From assembly GCA_002269645.1 (NCBI GenBank), contig NIVC01001195.1, positions 248,001 through 312,000 of the forward strand: DNA of 64,000 nt, read 5' to 3'. This stretch comes from Macrostomum lignano. Taxonomy: Eukaryota. A program made the translations under genes and the position numbers. This document shows, in pieces, positions 24,141 to 36,900 of this stretch (position 1 is its first letter; every line of letters starts with the position of its first letter). The notes beneath the pieces are model-generated. The model was given only the letters and a program-made list of their open reading frames with translations, was not told the DNA's origin and did no database searches.

Positions 24141-24561
24141 CGAGCTGATGGAGAGCTTGTGAAGCTGTTCTGCTTTCTAGCGACCTGCGTTTCTATCATT
24201 TTGTTATACTTTTTCAAACCCGCTGCTTCCATTGAGCCAGTGGTAGATGAGGCCCTTTTTATTTCATTTTTGTTTTGTAAATATATGCAGTACCCGAGTA
24301 GCAGCGTTGCTTTTTGGATTTGAGTTTGATCAGTTCTGAAGCAGTTCTACCTGGTTAGCCTCTTTCTCTTTGTTATTTTTCCTTCGGATGACATAGATTT
24401 AATAGGTAGGTTGATTGAATAATGTAAATCAGCAGCAACCAGGTGTGCTAGAGTTCAATAGCAGTGTCACAGGCTGTGTCCCGTGCGGATTAACAAATTA
24501 TAAATGTCTCACTGTGTGTGTCTGTATGTATTTAACGGAACAGATTGGGCCTAAGATGATA

Positions 24562-24562
24562 T

Positions 24563-24617
<55 letters not shown>

Positions 24618-24747
24618 GGACAGGCACTAAGACAGACACTAAAACGCAGAGACAGACAGACAAACTGGCAGACAGACAGACAGACAGATAGACAGCCAGC
24701 CACTTAGTCGGACAGACAGACAGACAGACAGACAGACGGGCAGACAG

Positions 24748-24782
<35 letters not shown>

Positions 24783-24823
24783 GGCAGACAGACAGACAGC
24801 CAGCCACTTAGTCGGACAGACAG

Positions 24824-24858
<35 letters not shown>

Positions 24859-24940
24859 GGCAGACAGACAGACAGACACATAGACAGACAGGCAGACAGA
24901 CAGACAAGACACTTAGACAGACAGACAGACGGGCAGACAC
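24562..24940. repeat. (CAGA)n microsatellite between TBCE and DCTD
   Basis: gacagacagaca.. with interruptions. Confidence 0.97.
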
Positions 24941-25017
24941 ACATGAGCAGATATTTAGCAGCTTAATGTCAGCATGGCCGGCAGCTCAAGATTCCAAACG
25001 CAACCCTTGGTTTCCAG

Positions 25018-26417
25018 GCGAACAGCTGCAGTTCGCAGAGCAGCGGTGAGTCGGGTAAGCGAGCTGACTACATCAGCTGGGAGGAGTACTTCATGTCCGT
25101 TGCCTTCCTGTCTGCCCAGAGGAGCAAGGACCCGGCGACGCAGGTGAGGCCAAGGCGGGTGGGGGGGCAGAGCAGCTCAAGCGGTTTCGATTTCTTGGGC
25201 GGCCACAATAATTTGGGACTTTTGCACGAAACGCGCAGGAAGGCCGACCCCAAGGGACAGGGTATTTACATGCCTGCCGTTGATCTCAGGACCACTGTAC
25301 ACCCCGTGTGAGCGGAATGGACATGCCTGCCGTTGATCTCAGGACCACTGTACACCCCGTGTGAGCGGAATGGACATGCCTGCCGTTGATCTCAGGACCA
25401 CTGTACACCCCGTGTGAGCGGAATGGACATGCCTGCCGTTGATCTCAGGACCACTGTACACCCCGTGTGAGCGGAATGGACATGCCTGCCGTTGATCTCA
25501 GGACCACTGTACACCCCGTGTGAGCGGAATGGGCATGCCTGCCGTTGATCTCAGGACCACTGTACACCCTGTGTGAGCGGAATGGACATGCCTGCCGTTG
25601 ATCTCAGGACCACTGTACACCCCGTGTGAGCGGAATGGACATGCCTGCCGTTGATCTCAGGACCACTGTACACCCCGTGTGAGCGGAATGGACATGCTGT
25701 CGTTGATCTCAGGACCACTGTACACCCCGTGTGAGCGGAATGGACATGCCTGCCGTTGATCTCAGGACCACTGTACACCCGTGTGAGCGGAATGGACATG
25801 GCTGCCCGACTGCCTAGCGGCAGCGCCCACTTCCCCCTTTGCTAGCAGTGACAGATAGGGAGTTGCCTAGTCAGAGCTTATTCCTTAGTCTTGTCTAAGC
25901 TGTCATAATATGAAACCGGCCGATATGTATGGTAAAACACTCTGCAAAGCGGATTTTGCCTATTCGCACTCAGGTAGGCTGCTGCATTGTAAACAAGCAG
26001 CGCAAAATTGTGGGCGTTGGCTACAACGGCATGCCGATCGGCTGCTCGGACGATCAGTTGCCATGGCAACGCCAGACGCCGGGCGATCCGCTGGGCTCGA
26101 AGTATCTGTTTGTCTGCCACGCGGAGATGAACGCCATCATGAATAAGAACTCCGCCGACGTGCGCGACTGCACCCTGTACGTGGCCCTGTTCCCCTGCAA
26201 CGAGTGCGCCAAGATCATCGTGCAGTCGGGCATCACCGAGGTGGTGTACCTGTCCGACAAGTACTGCGGCACCGTGCAGAACGAGGCGGCCAAAAGAATC
26301 TTTCGGATGGCCGACGTGAAGTTCAGGCAGTTCACGCCGAGCCGACGGTCCATTGTGATCGACTTCGACCAGCTGCCGGAAGAGACCGAGGCGGCGCTGG
26401 CACTGACCCTGCGGTAG
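25018..26417 (+). CDS. DCTD: dCMP deaminase; exons 25018-25143 and 25974-26417; start codon not found in frame in the genome
   Basis: [29 protein letters not shown]|VGCCIV..GYNGMP, zinc motifs CHAEMNAI and PCNEC. Acceptor tttccag|GCG at 25017/25018. In-frame TAA at 24964 with no in-frame ATG until 25093. Confidence 0.95.
25269..25800. repeat. 53-nt minisatellite (~10 copies) in the DCTD intron
   Basis: unit catgcctgccgttgatctcaggaccactgtacaccccgtgtgagcggaatgga, head-to-tail with no spacers. Confidence 0.97.
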
Positions 26418-26499
26418 AACCTGTCTGGAATTGTGTCAAGGTCTCAGCAGAACATTGAATGCGAGTTTCGAGTTTCGCTATAATCCCTGGGAATCGCAT

Positions 26500-27735
26500 T
26501 AAACCAACCTGAAGAATCGCCCTGAACCATCCTAAAGAATCGCCCTGAACCAACCTGAAGAATCGCCCTAAACCATCCTGAAGAATCGCCCTGAACCATC
26601 CTGAAGAATCGCCCTGAACCATCCTGAAGCATCGCCCTGAACCAACCTGATGAATCGCCCTGAACCATTCTGAAGGCTCGCCCTGAACCATCCTGAAGAC
26701 TCGCCCTGAACCATCCTGAAGAATCGCCCTAAACCATTCTGAAGAATCGCCCTGAACCATCCTGATGAATCGCCCTGAACCATCCTGAAGAATCGCCCTG
26801 AACCATCCTGAAGAATCGCCCTGAACCATCCTGAAGAATCGCCCTGAACCATTCTGAAGAATCGCCCTGAACCATCCTGAAGAATCGCCCTGAACCAACC
26901 TGAAGAATCGCCCTGAACCATCCTGAAGAATCGCCCTGAACCATCCTGAAGAATCGCCCTGAACCATCCTGAAGAATCGCCCTGAACCATTCTGAAGAAT
27001 CGCCCTGAACCATCCTGAAGAATCGCCCTGAACCATCCTGAAGAATCGCCCTGAACCATCCTGAAGAATCGCCCTGAACCATCCTGAAGAATCGCCCTGA
27101 ACCATCCTGAAGAATCGCCCTGAAACATCCTGAAGAATCGCCCTGAACCATCCTGAAGAATCGCCCTGAACCAACCTGAAGAATCGCCCTGAACCATCCT
27201 GAAGAATCGCCCTGAACCATCCTGAAGAATCGCCCTGAACCATCCTGAAGAATCGCCCTGAACCATTCTGAAGAATCGCCCTGAACCATCCTTAAGAATC
27301 GCCCTGAACCATCCTGAAGAATCGCCCTGAACCATCCTAAAGAATCGCCCTGAACCATCCTGACGAATCGCCCTGAACCATCCTGAAGAATCGCCCTGAA
27401 CCATCCTGAAGAATCGCCCTGAATCATTCTGAAGAATCGCCCTGAACCATCCTGAAGAATCGCCCTGAACCATCCTGAAGAATCGCCCTGAAACATCCTG
27501 AAGAATCGCCCTGAATCATTCTGAAGAATCGCCCTGAACCATCCTGAAGAATCGCCCTGAAACATCCTGAAGAATCGCCCTGAATCATTCTGAAGAATCG
27601 CCCTGAACCATCCTGAAGAATCGCCCTGAAACATCCTGAAGAATCGCCCTGAACTATCCTGAAGAATCGCCCGGAACCATCCTGAAGAATCGCCCTGAAC
27701 CATTCTGAAGAATCGCCCTGAACTATCCTCAAGAA
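26500..27735. repeat. 23-nt minisatellite downstream of DCTD, same family as TBCE intron 6
   Basis: unit gaatcgccctgaaccatcctgaa. Confidence 0.97.
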
Positions 27736-28330
27736 TGCGGTGGTGTTGAATTTTGGCTATATTTACTGTTATTAACCAATCCTGCAAAACGCAGCTGTTT
27801 AGCTTTTAGAAAATTCCGAAGGTTAGAAAATGTTTGCTTCGCTACTAGCTGTCACATATAAGTAGTGACCTATGGCTTTTATGGCAAACAATTTTTTTAA
27901 GCTTCTTATGGTGCTGATTAAGTGCTGTCAATCTGTTATCTGAAATTTTACTTGCATTTGTATTCGATATCTTCATCAGCAGCAATTACAAGCGTATTAT
28001 AATAATAATTTTTATATTTAAATAATTTTTCACAGTTTCGATAATAACTAATTCTACAAGTGAATTTTAACAATAAAATATTTTATTTATATTTAGTTTA
28101 ATAATAACAAATATACTTTGTAGTTCGCTTCCACCAGCATTTTTTTCCTATTTCGAATTAAGTCGGTCTTCATTTAAACAAAAAACGGCTTAAGTTTAAA
28201 CATTTTAGACATCTCTTTTTAAACAACTCTTGTGCTGCTCTCGTTCCAGAGGTGTCTGCGTTTTGAATTTTCGCGATAAAAAATTTCAAAGCCGGAAAAG
28301 TGCGTTAAAAAGGAAACGTTATAATTGGCC

Positions 28331-31300
28331 ATGGCCGCCTCGTCCGCCGGTTCTGACGGCCCGCCATCGGTGCCGCAGTTCAACATCACCGGCCGGCTCG
28401 GGGCTGGCACCTACGCCACCGTCTACCAGGCCATTAGACAGGTGTGAAAGCTGAGTCCAGACTGTGGGAAGTCGAAGGCTGCCTGTTTTGCGCAGCAAAA
28501 TCAGAGTTTGGAAAAGCGATAACCGGGGCAGAGCAGATGAGCGTCAAATGGGCCAGAGGGTACATGCTCGGCGATTAGAATGCCAGGGTCGCTGTTCACC
28601 CTGAGTGAGCGTGTGTATGATTGCGTGCTTGCGTACAGTATTGGGGGGGGGCTTGTATGTGCTCAGAAGTCTGTTTTAACTCCCACAATGATCCATAGCA
28701 ACTCCCACAAACGTCCATAGCGACTCCCACAATGATCCATAGCAACTCCCACAATAATCCATAGCAACTCCCACAAACGTCCATAGCGACTCCCACAATG
28801 ATCCATAGCAACTCCCACAATGATCCATAGCAACTCCCACAAACGTCCAAAGCGACTCCCACAATGATCCATAGCAACTCCCACAATGATCCATAGCAAC
28901 TCCCACAAACGTCCATAGCGACTCCCACAATGAGCCATAGCAACTCCCACAATGATTCATGGCAACTCCCACAATGAGCCATAGCAACTCCATGGCAACT
29001 CCCACAATGATCCATAGCAACTCCCACAATGAGCCATAGCAACTCCATGGCAACTCCCACAATGATCCATAGCAACTCCCACAATGAGCCATAGCAACTC
29101 CCACAATGAGCCATAGCAACTCCTACAATGATCCATGGCAACTCCCACAATGAGCCATGGCAACTCCCACAGTGAACCATAGCAACCCCCACAATGATCC
29201 ATGGCAACTCCCACAATGATCCATAGCAACTCCCACAATGATCCGTAGCAACTCCCAGGATGAGCCATAGCAACTCCCACAGTGAACCATGGCAACTCCC
29301 ACAATGATCCATGGCAATTCCCACAATGAGCCATGGCAACTCCCACAATGAGCCATGGCAACTCCCACAATGAGCCATGGCAACTCCCACAATGAGCCAT
29401 GGCAACTCCCACAGTGAACCATAGCAACTCCCACAGTGAACCATAGCAACTCCCACAATGATCCATGGCAACTCCCACAATGAGCCATGGCAACTCCCAC
29501 AATGAGCCATGGCAATTCCCACAATGAGCCATGGCAATTCCCACAATGAGCCATGGCAACTCCCACAATGAGCCATGGCAACTCCCACAATGAGCCATGG
29601 CAACTCCCACAGTGAACCATAGCAACTCCCACAGTGAACCATAGCAACTCCCACAATGATCCATGGCAACTCCCACAATGAGCCATGGCAACTCCCACAA
29701 TGAGCCATGGCAATTCCCACAATGAGCCATGGCAACTCCCACAATGAGCCATGGCAACTCCCACAATGAGCCATGGCAACTCCCACAGGGAACCATAGCA
29801 ACTCCCACAGTGAACCATAGCAACTCCCACAATGATCCATGGCAACTCCCACAATGATCCATGGCAACTCCCACAATGAGCCATAGCAACTCCCACAGTG
29901 AACCATAGCAACTCCCACAATGATCCATGGCAACTCCCACAATGAGCCATAGCAACTCACACAGTGAGCCATAGCAACTCCCACAATGATCCATGGCAAC
30001 TCCCACAGTGAACCATGGCAACTCCCACAATGAGCCATGGCAACTCCCACAATGAGCCATAGCAACTCCCACAATGATCCATGGCAACTCCCACAATGAG
30101 CCATGGCAACTTCCACAATGAGCCATGGCAACTCACACAGTGAGCCATGGCAACTCACACAGTGAACCATGGCAACTCCCACAGTGAACCATGGCAATTC
30201 CCACAATGATCCATGGCAACTCCCACAATGAGCCATAGCAACTCCCACAGTGAACCATAGCAACTCCCACAATGATCCATGGCAACTCCCACAATGAGCC
30301 ATGGCAACTCCCACAGTGAACCATAGCAACTCACAATGGCTCTTCCAACTTGCAGGGCGGCTCTCGCGAGGTGGTGGCCATCAAATGCGTGAGCAAGAAG
30401 AGCCTGACCAACACTTCTAAAGAGAATCTGCTCAAAGAGATCGAGCTGTTGAAAACGCTGAACCATCCGCATATTGTCCGGTTGATTGACTTCGTGTGGG
30501 ACGCGAATCACATTCACCTCATCCTGGAGTACTGCTCAGGTGGCGACCTGCTGCGGTTTATCAAGCTGCGCCGCTGCCTGTCCGAGTCTGTGAGTCTGGC
30601 GTGCCTTCTGTTGATGCAGTGGATTCGGTCTCAGTAAAGTAGGTCACCTTGGAGCATTCAAGATTGGAGATTTAAATCAGGGCTGGGGTGATAAGAATGG
30701 AGGAGGTAGATTAGACTTAGCTGATGAGAGGATGGGATTAGATGATGAAAGGATGGGATTAGATGATGAGAGGATGGGATTAGATGATGAGAGGATGGAA
30801 TTACATGTAGATGATGAGAGGATGGGATTAGATTATTAGAGGATGGGATTAGATGATGAGAGGAAGAGATTAGGTTATTAGAGGATGGGATTAGGTTATT
30901 AGAGGATGGGATTAGATGATGAGAGGATGGGATTAGGTTATTAGAGGATGGGATTAGGTTATTAGAGGATGGGATTAGATGATGAGAGGATGGGATTAGG
31001 TTATTAGAGGATGGGATTAGATGATGAGAGGATGGGATTAGATGATGAAAGGATGGGATTAGATGATGAGAGGATGGGATTAGATGATGAGAGGATGGGA
31101 TTACATGTAGATGATGAGAGGATGGGATTACATGTAGATGATGAGAGGATGGGATTAGATTATTAGATGATGGGATTAGATGATGAGAGGAAGAGATTAG
31201 GTTATTAGAGGATGGGATTAGATGATGAGAGGATGGGATTACATGTAGATGATGAGAGGATGGGATTACATGTAGATGATGAGAGGATGGGATTAGATTA

Positions 31301-34300
31301 TTAGATGATGGGATTAGATGATGAGAGGAAGAGATTAGGTTATTAGAGGATGGGATTAGATGATGAGAGGATGGGATTAGATGATGAGAGGATGGGATTA
31401 GATGATGAGAGGATGGGATTAGATGATGAGAGGATGGGATTAGATGATGAGAGGATGGGATTAGATGATGAGAGGATGGGATTAGATGATGAGAGGATGG
31501 GATTAGATGATGAGAGAATGGGATTAGATTATTAGAGGATGGGATTAGATGATGAGAGGATGGGATTAGATTATTAGAGGATGGGATTAGATTATTAGAG
31601 GATGGGATTAGATGATGAGAGGATGGGATTAGGTTATTAGAGGATGGGATTAGATGATTAGAGGACGGGGTTAGATTATTAGAGGATGGGAGGATGGGAT
31701 CAGTTGAATGGAGATAAGATTGGATGAGAGATGATGCGATTAGATTGGAGAGGAGATATTGTTATTTACAGGCGATGACCGGTAACTATCTGGGCATCTC
31801 CCACGCCCCCCCCAAGCTGGTTCGCCGGTTCCTGCAGCAGCTGGCCCTGGCGCTGCGCTACCTGCACAGCCGCAACGTGGTCCACATGGACCTGAAGCCG
31901 CAGAACATCCTGCTGACTGGCGGGGACAGCCCCAAACTGAAGATTGCCGATTTCGGCTTCGCGCATCACCTGAAGTCGGACAGTCACGCTGACCAGGTGC
32001 GCGGCAGCCTGCTGTACATGGCCCCGGAGATTGTTGTTGACAGGCGGTACAGCCCGAAGTGCGACCTGTGGTCGGTGAGTTACCAGCTTGTTCTGCTCTG
32101 TGTAATAGTAAGGGATTCCCTATCTTTATTTACTGTTGCTAAGGGATTCCCTATCTTTATTTACTGTTGCTAAGGGATTCCCTATCTTTATTTACTGTTG
32201 CTAAGGGATTCCCTATCTTTATTTACTGTTGCTAAGGGATTCCCTATCTTTATTTACTGTTGCTAAGGGATTCCCTATCTTTATTTACTGTTGATAAGGG
32301 ATTCCCTATCTTTATTTACTGTTGATAAGGGATTCCCCAGATTTCTACACTGTTGCTAATGGATTTCCCAACTTTCTCTACTGTTGCTAAGGGATTCCCC
32401 CTATCTCTATCGTTGCTAAGGCATTCCCCCATCTCTTTATTGTTGCTAAGGGATTCCCAGCTTCTTTACTGTTGCTAAGGGATTCTCCACCTGTCTCTAC
32501 TGTACTGTTTTTCACTGTACTGTACTGGTATCTCTACTATGGTTTCAATCATACGATCAGCTAGCTAAAGCATCTCCCTGTTTCTATCCTACTCGTACCC
32601 GAAGCTACGAAATTTCTCACTTCTTAGCCATCGCTAAGGGATTCCCCCCCATCTCTTTTCTGTTGCTAAGGCATTTCCCAGCTTCCTTCCTAATCGCAGT
32701 TAGCAGGTCTCGAACACTCCCGCAACCCAGGTGGGCATCATCCTCTACGAGTGCCTGTTCGGCCGAGCCCCGTTCGCCTCGGAGACGCACGAGGATCTGC
32801 TGCGCAAGATCGCCAGCCCGGAGCCGTTGTCCGTGCCCGCGGTCCAGTGCCTCGCCGGTCGGGAGGTGCCCCTGACGGCCGCCTGTCAGGACCTGCTGAC
32901 CAGGCTGTTACAGCGCGACCCCCGTCATCGCGCGGACCACGCGGCCTTCTTCGGGCACTCGTTCATTGACTTGGATCACGCGCCATCGGCCGAGTGCCTA
33001 GAGAAGGGCAAGAGTCTGGCGCTGCGGGCGGTCAAGGCGGACTCCGGCGGGGAACTCGAGGAGGCATTTCGGCTGTACCGGCTGGCGCTGACTTACCTGG
33101 TGCCCGCGCTGCACTGTGAGCTCCAGTTTTGGCGTTGGCTTGCCTAGTCATGCACTTGAACTGCTCATAGTCCAGCCGTGCATTGTTTCTCAATTGCCAT
33201 TTGCTTCCAGACGAGGACAGCGCGCAGAAGAAAGAGCAGCTCCGCGATCGGGTAGGCAGTGCCTATTGGCTGATAGAGGCACAAGACAGCAGTCTGATTG
33301 AGGCCCGATAGTCACCTGAGACAGCCTGATAGTCACCTGAGAGAGAAGTCTTATAGAGAAATGGGACAGTCTGATAGACACACGAGATAGTCTGATAGAG
33401 ACAAGAGACAGTCTGAAATAGACACGAGACAATCTGGTAGAGACAAGAGACAGTCTGAAATAGACACGAGACAATCTGGTAGAGCCACGAGACAGTCTGA
33501 TAGTCACCTGAGACAGTCTGAAATAGACACGAGACAATCTGGTAGAGACACAAGACAGTCTGATAGAGACAAGAGACAGTCTGATAGTCACCTGAGACAG
33601 TCTGATAGAGACACGAGACATTCTGATAGAGACAAGAGACAGTCTGATAGAGACAAGAGACAGTCTGATAGAGACAAGAGACAGTCTGATATAGACAAGA
33701 GACAGTCTGATAGTCAACTGAGACACTCCGATAGTCACCTGAGACACTCCGATAGTCACCTGAGACACTCCGATAGTCACCTGAGACAGTCTGATAGACA
33801 CACGGGGCACTGATAGACACACGGAACAATTTGATAGACACAAGACAGCCCGATAGACACACGAGACAGTCTGGTGGACACATGGGACAGCCTGGCGGAC
33901 ACACTTCAGTCCGAACCCTGCACCACCGTCCAGATCTATGAGTACATGAGCCGAGCCGAGTACCTGCAGTCGGAGGTGACGCAGGGCCGGCCGAAACGAC
34001 CGCCCGTTGCCGAGTCACGCTGGAATCGGTTGCGTGAGTCAGCTGGCTGAGGCCGATTACTCATACTTGCACTTTTACACAGCTTGCGTTTTGAATTGCA
34101 CTTTATTCACTGTATCAATTTTAGTGGAACTGTGCAAGCCCGACCAAGATATCATGGCCAGCCTGAAGGAGATATCAGCCTTCAATCATAAGGTGATTTT
34201 TTCTCAACTTTTCGCTACTGTCAGTAGGCAAATTGAGCATCGTGAGAATATTTTTTTCAGAATTAGAATTTTTTGCGTTTGCTAATTCTTGCTTTTCAGT

Positions 34301-35625
34301 TATAAAAACCCTTCTGTTTCTTTGTTTCAGCTGAGCTTGGGCGCCCACGAGGAAGCCCTGGCTCTGTTCGAGACTTGTTGCGACAAACTGCTCGAGTTAA
34401 TCAGGAGTGAGAATTATTTATTAATCATATTTTGTGTGAGAACTAGTCTACATAGTTCTGTTCGTAACTTTTTTATTCCTTGTGCAGAAGAACCCGAAGG
34501 TGAAAGAAGGACCCTGCTGTGCGAAGTGGTGAGAAAATTGAAATCCATTTTTCACATACCAGGTTTTTTATTGTTTCTTTTGTCTCCGATTGTCTCCAAT
34601 TGTGTCCGATTGTCTTCAATTGTGTCCGATTGTCTCCAATTGTGTCCGATTGTCTTCAATTGTGTCCGATTGTCTCCAATTGTGTCCGATTGTCTCCAAT
34701 TGTGTCCGATTGTCTCCAATTGTGTCCGATTGTCTTCAATTGTGTCCGATTGTCTCCAATTGTGTCCGATTGTCTCCAATTGTGTCCGATTGTCTCTAAT
34801 TGTGTCCGATTGTCTCTAATTGTGTCCGATTGTCTCTAATTGTGTCCGTTGTCTCCAATTGTGTCCGATTGTCTTCGATTGTGTCCGATTGTCTTTAATT
34901 GTCTTCTGTTGTCTCCAGGTGGACTTCAACCTGTCAACTGCGGAAAATGTCAGAAAGTTCATTCGCTCCAAGAATAGCGAGAAACCCAAGGCCGAGCTTC
35001 AAAAGGCTTTGGAGACTGACCAAGAGATGAAGTCGGAGGGTGAGACTGGGGATTGGCTGACCCACTGGGGGATTGGGGCTGACCCACTGGGGAATGGGAT
35101 TGACCCATTGGGGAATGGGGCTGACCCACTGGGAAATGGGACTGACCCATTTGGGAATGGGGCTGACCCACTGGGGAATAGGGTGGTTAACGTATAAATA
35201 GTTAACCCCCTGAGAGTCAGGAGTAGCTGACACCCTGAGAGTCAGGAGTAGTTGACACCCTGGGAGTCAGGAGTAGCTGCCACCCTGAGAGTCAGGAGTA
35301 GCTGACACCCTGGGAGTCAGGAGTAGCTGACACCCTGAGAGTCAGGAGTAGCTGACACCCTGGGAGTCAGGAGTAGCTGACACCCTGAGAGTCAGGAGTA
35401 GCTGACACCCTGGGAGTCAGGAGTAGCTGACACCCTGAGAGTCAGGAGTAGTTGACACCCTGGGAGTCAGGAGTAGCTGACACCCTGGGAGTCAGGAGTA
35501 GCTGACACCCTGAGAGTCAGGAGTAGCTGACACCCTTGGAGTCAGGAGTAGTTGACCCCTATCTGATTAACAACCAACCTCATGTGTGCCACCCCTCTGC
35601 AGGTTACAACTGTGCCGTGATGTGA
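28331..35625 (+). CDS. ULK3: Serine/threonine kinase ULK3 (kinase plus two MIT domains, C-terminal CaaX), ~485 aa, 11 exons
   Basis: Exons 28331-28441, 30356-30589, 31817(or 31772)-32074, 32731-33115, 33211-33251, 33934-34033, 34125-34192, 34331-34406, 34488-34528, 34919-35039, 35603-35625. Motifs [52 protein letters not shown], end GYNCAVM*. Confidence 0.93.
28680..30335. repeat. 22-nt minisatellite in ULK3 intron 1
   Basis: unit ccatggcaactcccacaatgag. Confidence 0.97.
30715..31690. repeat. 21-nt minisatellite in ULK3 intron 2, with 27-nt variant units carrying TACATGTA
   Basis: unit gatgggattagatgatgagag; variant gatgggattacatgtagatgatgagag. Confidence 0.96.
32110..32480. repeat. 31-nt minisatellite in ULK3 intron 3
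   Basis: unit gctaagggattccctatctttatttactgtt. Confidence 0.93.
33300..33900. repeat. 21-nt minisatellite in ULK3 intron 5
   Basis: unit gacagtctgatagagacaaga / gacagtctgatagtcacctga. Confidence 0.93.
34580..34915. repeat. 20-nt minisatellite in ULK3 intron 9, running into the acceptor
   Basis: unit ttgtctccaattgtgtccga; the intron ends ttgtctccag. Confidence 0.95.
35045..35560. repeat. Two adjacent minisatellites in ULK3 intron 10 (~21-nt gacccactgggaatgggg; 25-nt gacaccctgagagtcaggagtagct)
   Basis: direct tandem copies at 35045-35185 and 35205-35560. Confidence 0.93.
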
Positions 35626-36164
35626 CAGCCGGTCCGCTCAACACTCCCACCTGTACCTGCAGTGTAAAGATGCAAAGCCGCCCCTCATGTGCAGTATCTG
35701 TGCGCCCCGGCTCCATACAGTGTATTGTTTTATTCAGAAATTCACATCTGCAATTCTGGATTTGCTTATTAATTATTCAGTTTTGATGGTGCCATCGCGG
35801 TTTGTTGTGAAATCGAAAACAGTTTTTTTCATTGTAAACTTTATAAGTATTAGCAGCAGAACATTTAATAATCCAGACCCACTTATTCAAATATTCCGAC
35901 TTAAAGAGCCAATCAGAAAACTCTGCATTGTGCATGCGTTTAGTTTGTTGATTATATAGTTGAATAGATGTTTGGTTACAAGTAAATTTGTTATACTCTG
36001 ACACCGAATGAAAAGTTGAATAACTTGATAGAATTCATTGAATGAATTACAGTACTTTTAAATAGACGAATTTGCTGAGATTGAACACACTATTACAGCT
36101 CAAAACTTTTGCTCTGCCAATTTCACTGCGAACTGTCAGCATGGAGTTCCGGCTGTCAGAATCA

Positions 36165-36900
36165 GCTGTTGACCCACTGGGGAGTTGGGGGCAGTTGACC
36201 AACTGGGAGTTTTGGGGGGGCAGTTGACCCACTGGGGAGTTGGGGGCAGTTGACCCACTGGGAGTTTTGGGGGGGGGCAGTTGACCCACTGGGAGTTTCG
36301 GGGGGCAGTCGACCCACTGGGAGTTTTGGGGGCAGTTGGCGCACTGGGAGTTGTGGGGGGGCAGTTGACCCACTGGGAGTTTTGGGGGGGGCAGTTGACC
36401 CACTGGGAGTTGTGGGGATGGGCAGTTGGCGCACTGGGAGTTGTGGGGGGGGCAGTTGACCCACTGGGTGTTGTGGGTCGGGGCAGTTGACCCACTGGGA
36501 GTTGTGGGGATGGGTAGTTGGCGCACTGGGAGTTGTGGGGGGGGGCAGTTGACCCACTGGGAGTTGTGGGGGGGGGCAGTTGACCCCCCACTTGGAATCG
36601 CGTGGGGTAGTTGACCCACTGGGAGTTGTGGGGGGGGCACTTGACCCACTGGAAGTTTAGGGGGGGGGCAGCTGACCCACTGGGAGTTGGGGGGGGCAGT
36701 TGACCCCCCACTGGGAATTGCGTGGGACTGTTGACCCACTGGGAGTTGTGGGGGGGCAGTTGACCCACTGGGAGTTGTGGGGGGGGGCAGTTGACCCTCG
36801 TTGGAAATTGTGTGGGGTATTTCACCCAAGCTAGGAGTTGTAACAGTGGACCCACTGAGAGTCGTTGAAGGGGGCAGTTGACCCACCAGGCGTCGTGGGG
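36165..36900. repeat. ~29-nt G-rich minisatellite between the convergent ULK3 and lectin-gene 3' ends
   Basis: unit gcagttgacccactgggagttgtgggggg. Confidence 0.93.

Noticed and set aside
25269-25800. 53-nt regular repeat (also the 44-nt at 52740, 42-nt at 58010 and 54-nt at 62420) resembling a CRISPR array
   Set aside because: Units are head-to-tail with no unique spacers, there are no cas genes, and the 25269 and 58010 arrays lie in spliceosomal introns.
36047-36180. Extra 3' coding exon for the lectin-sushi gene
   Set aside because: The TM exon already ends in TAG at 37189-37187, and the only candidate donor before it is weak.
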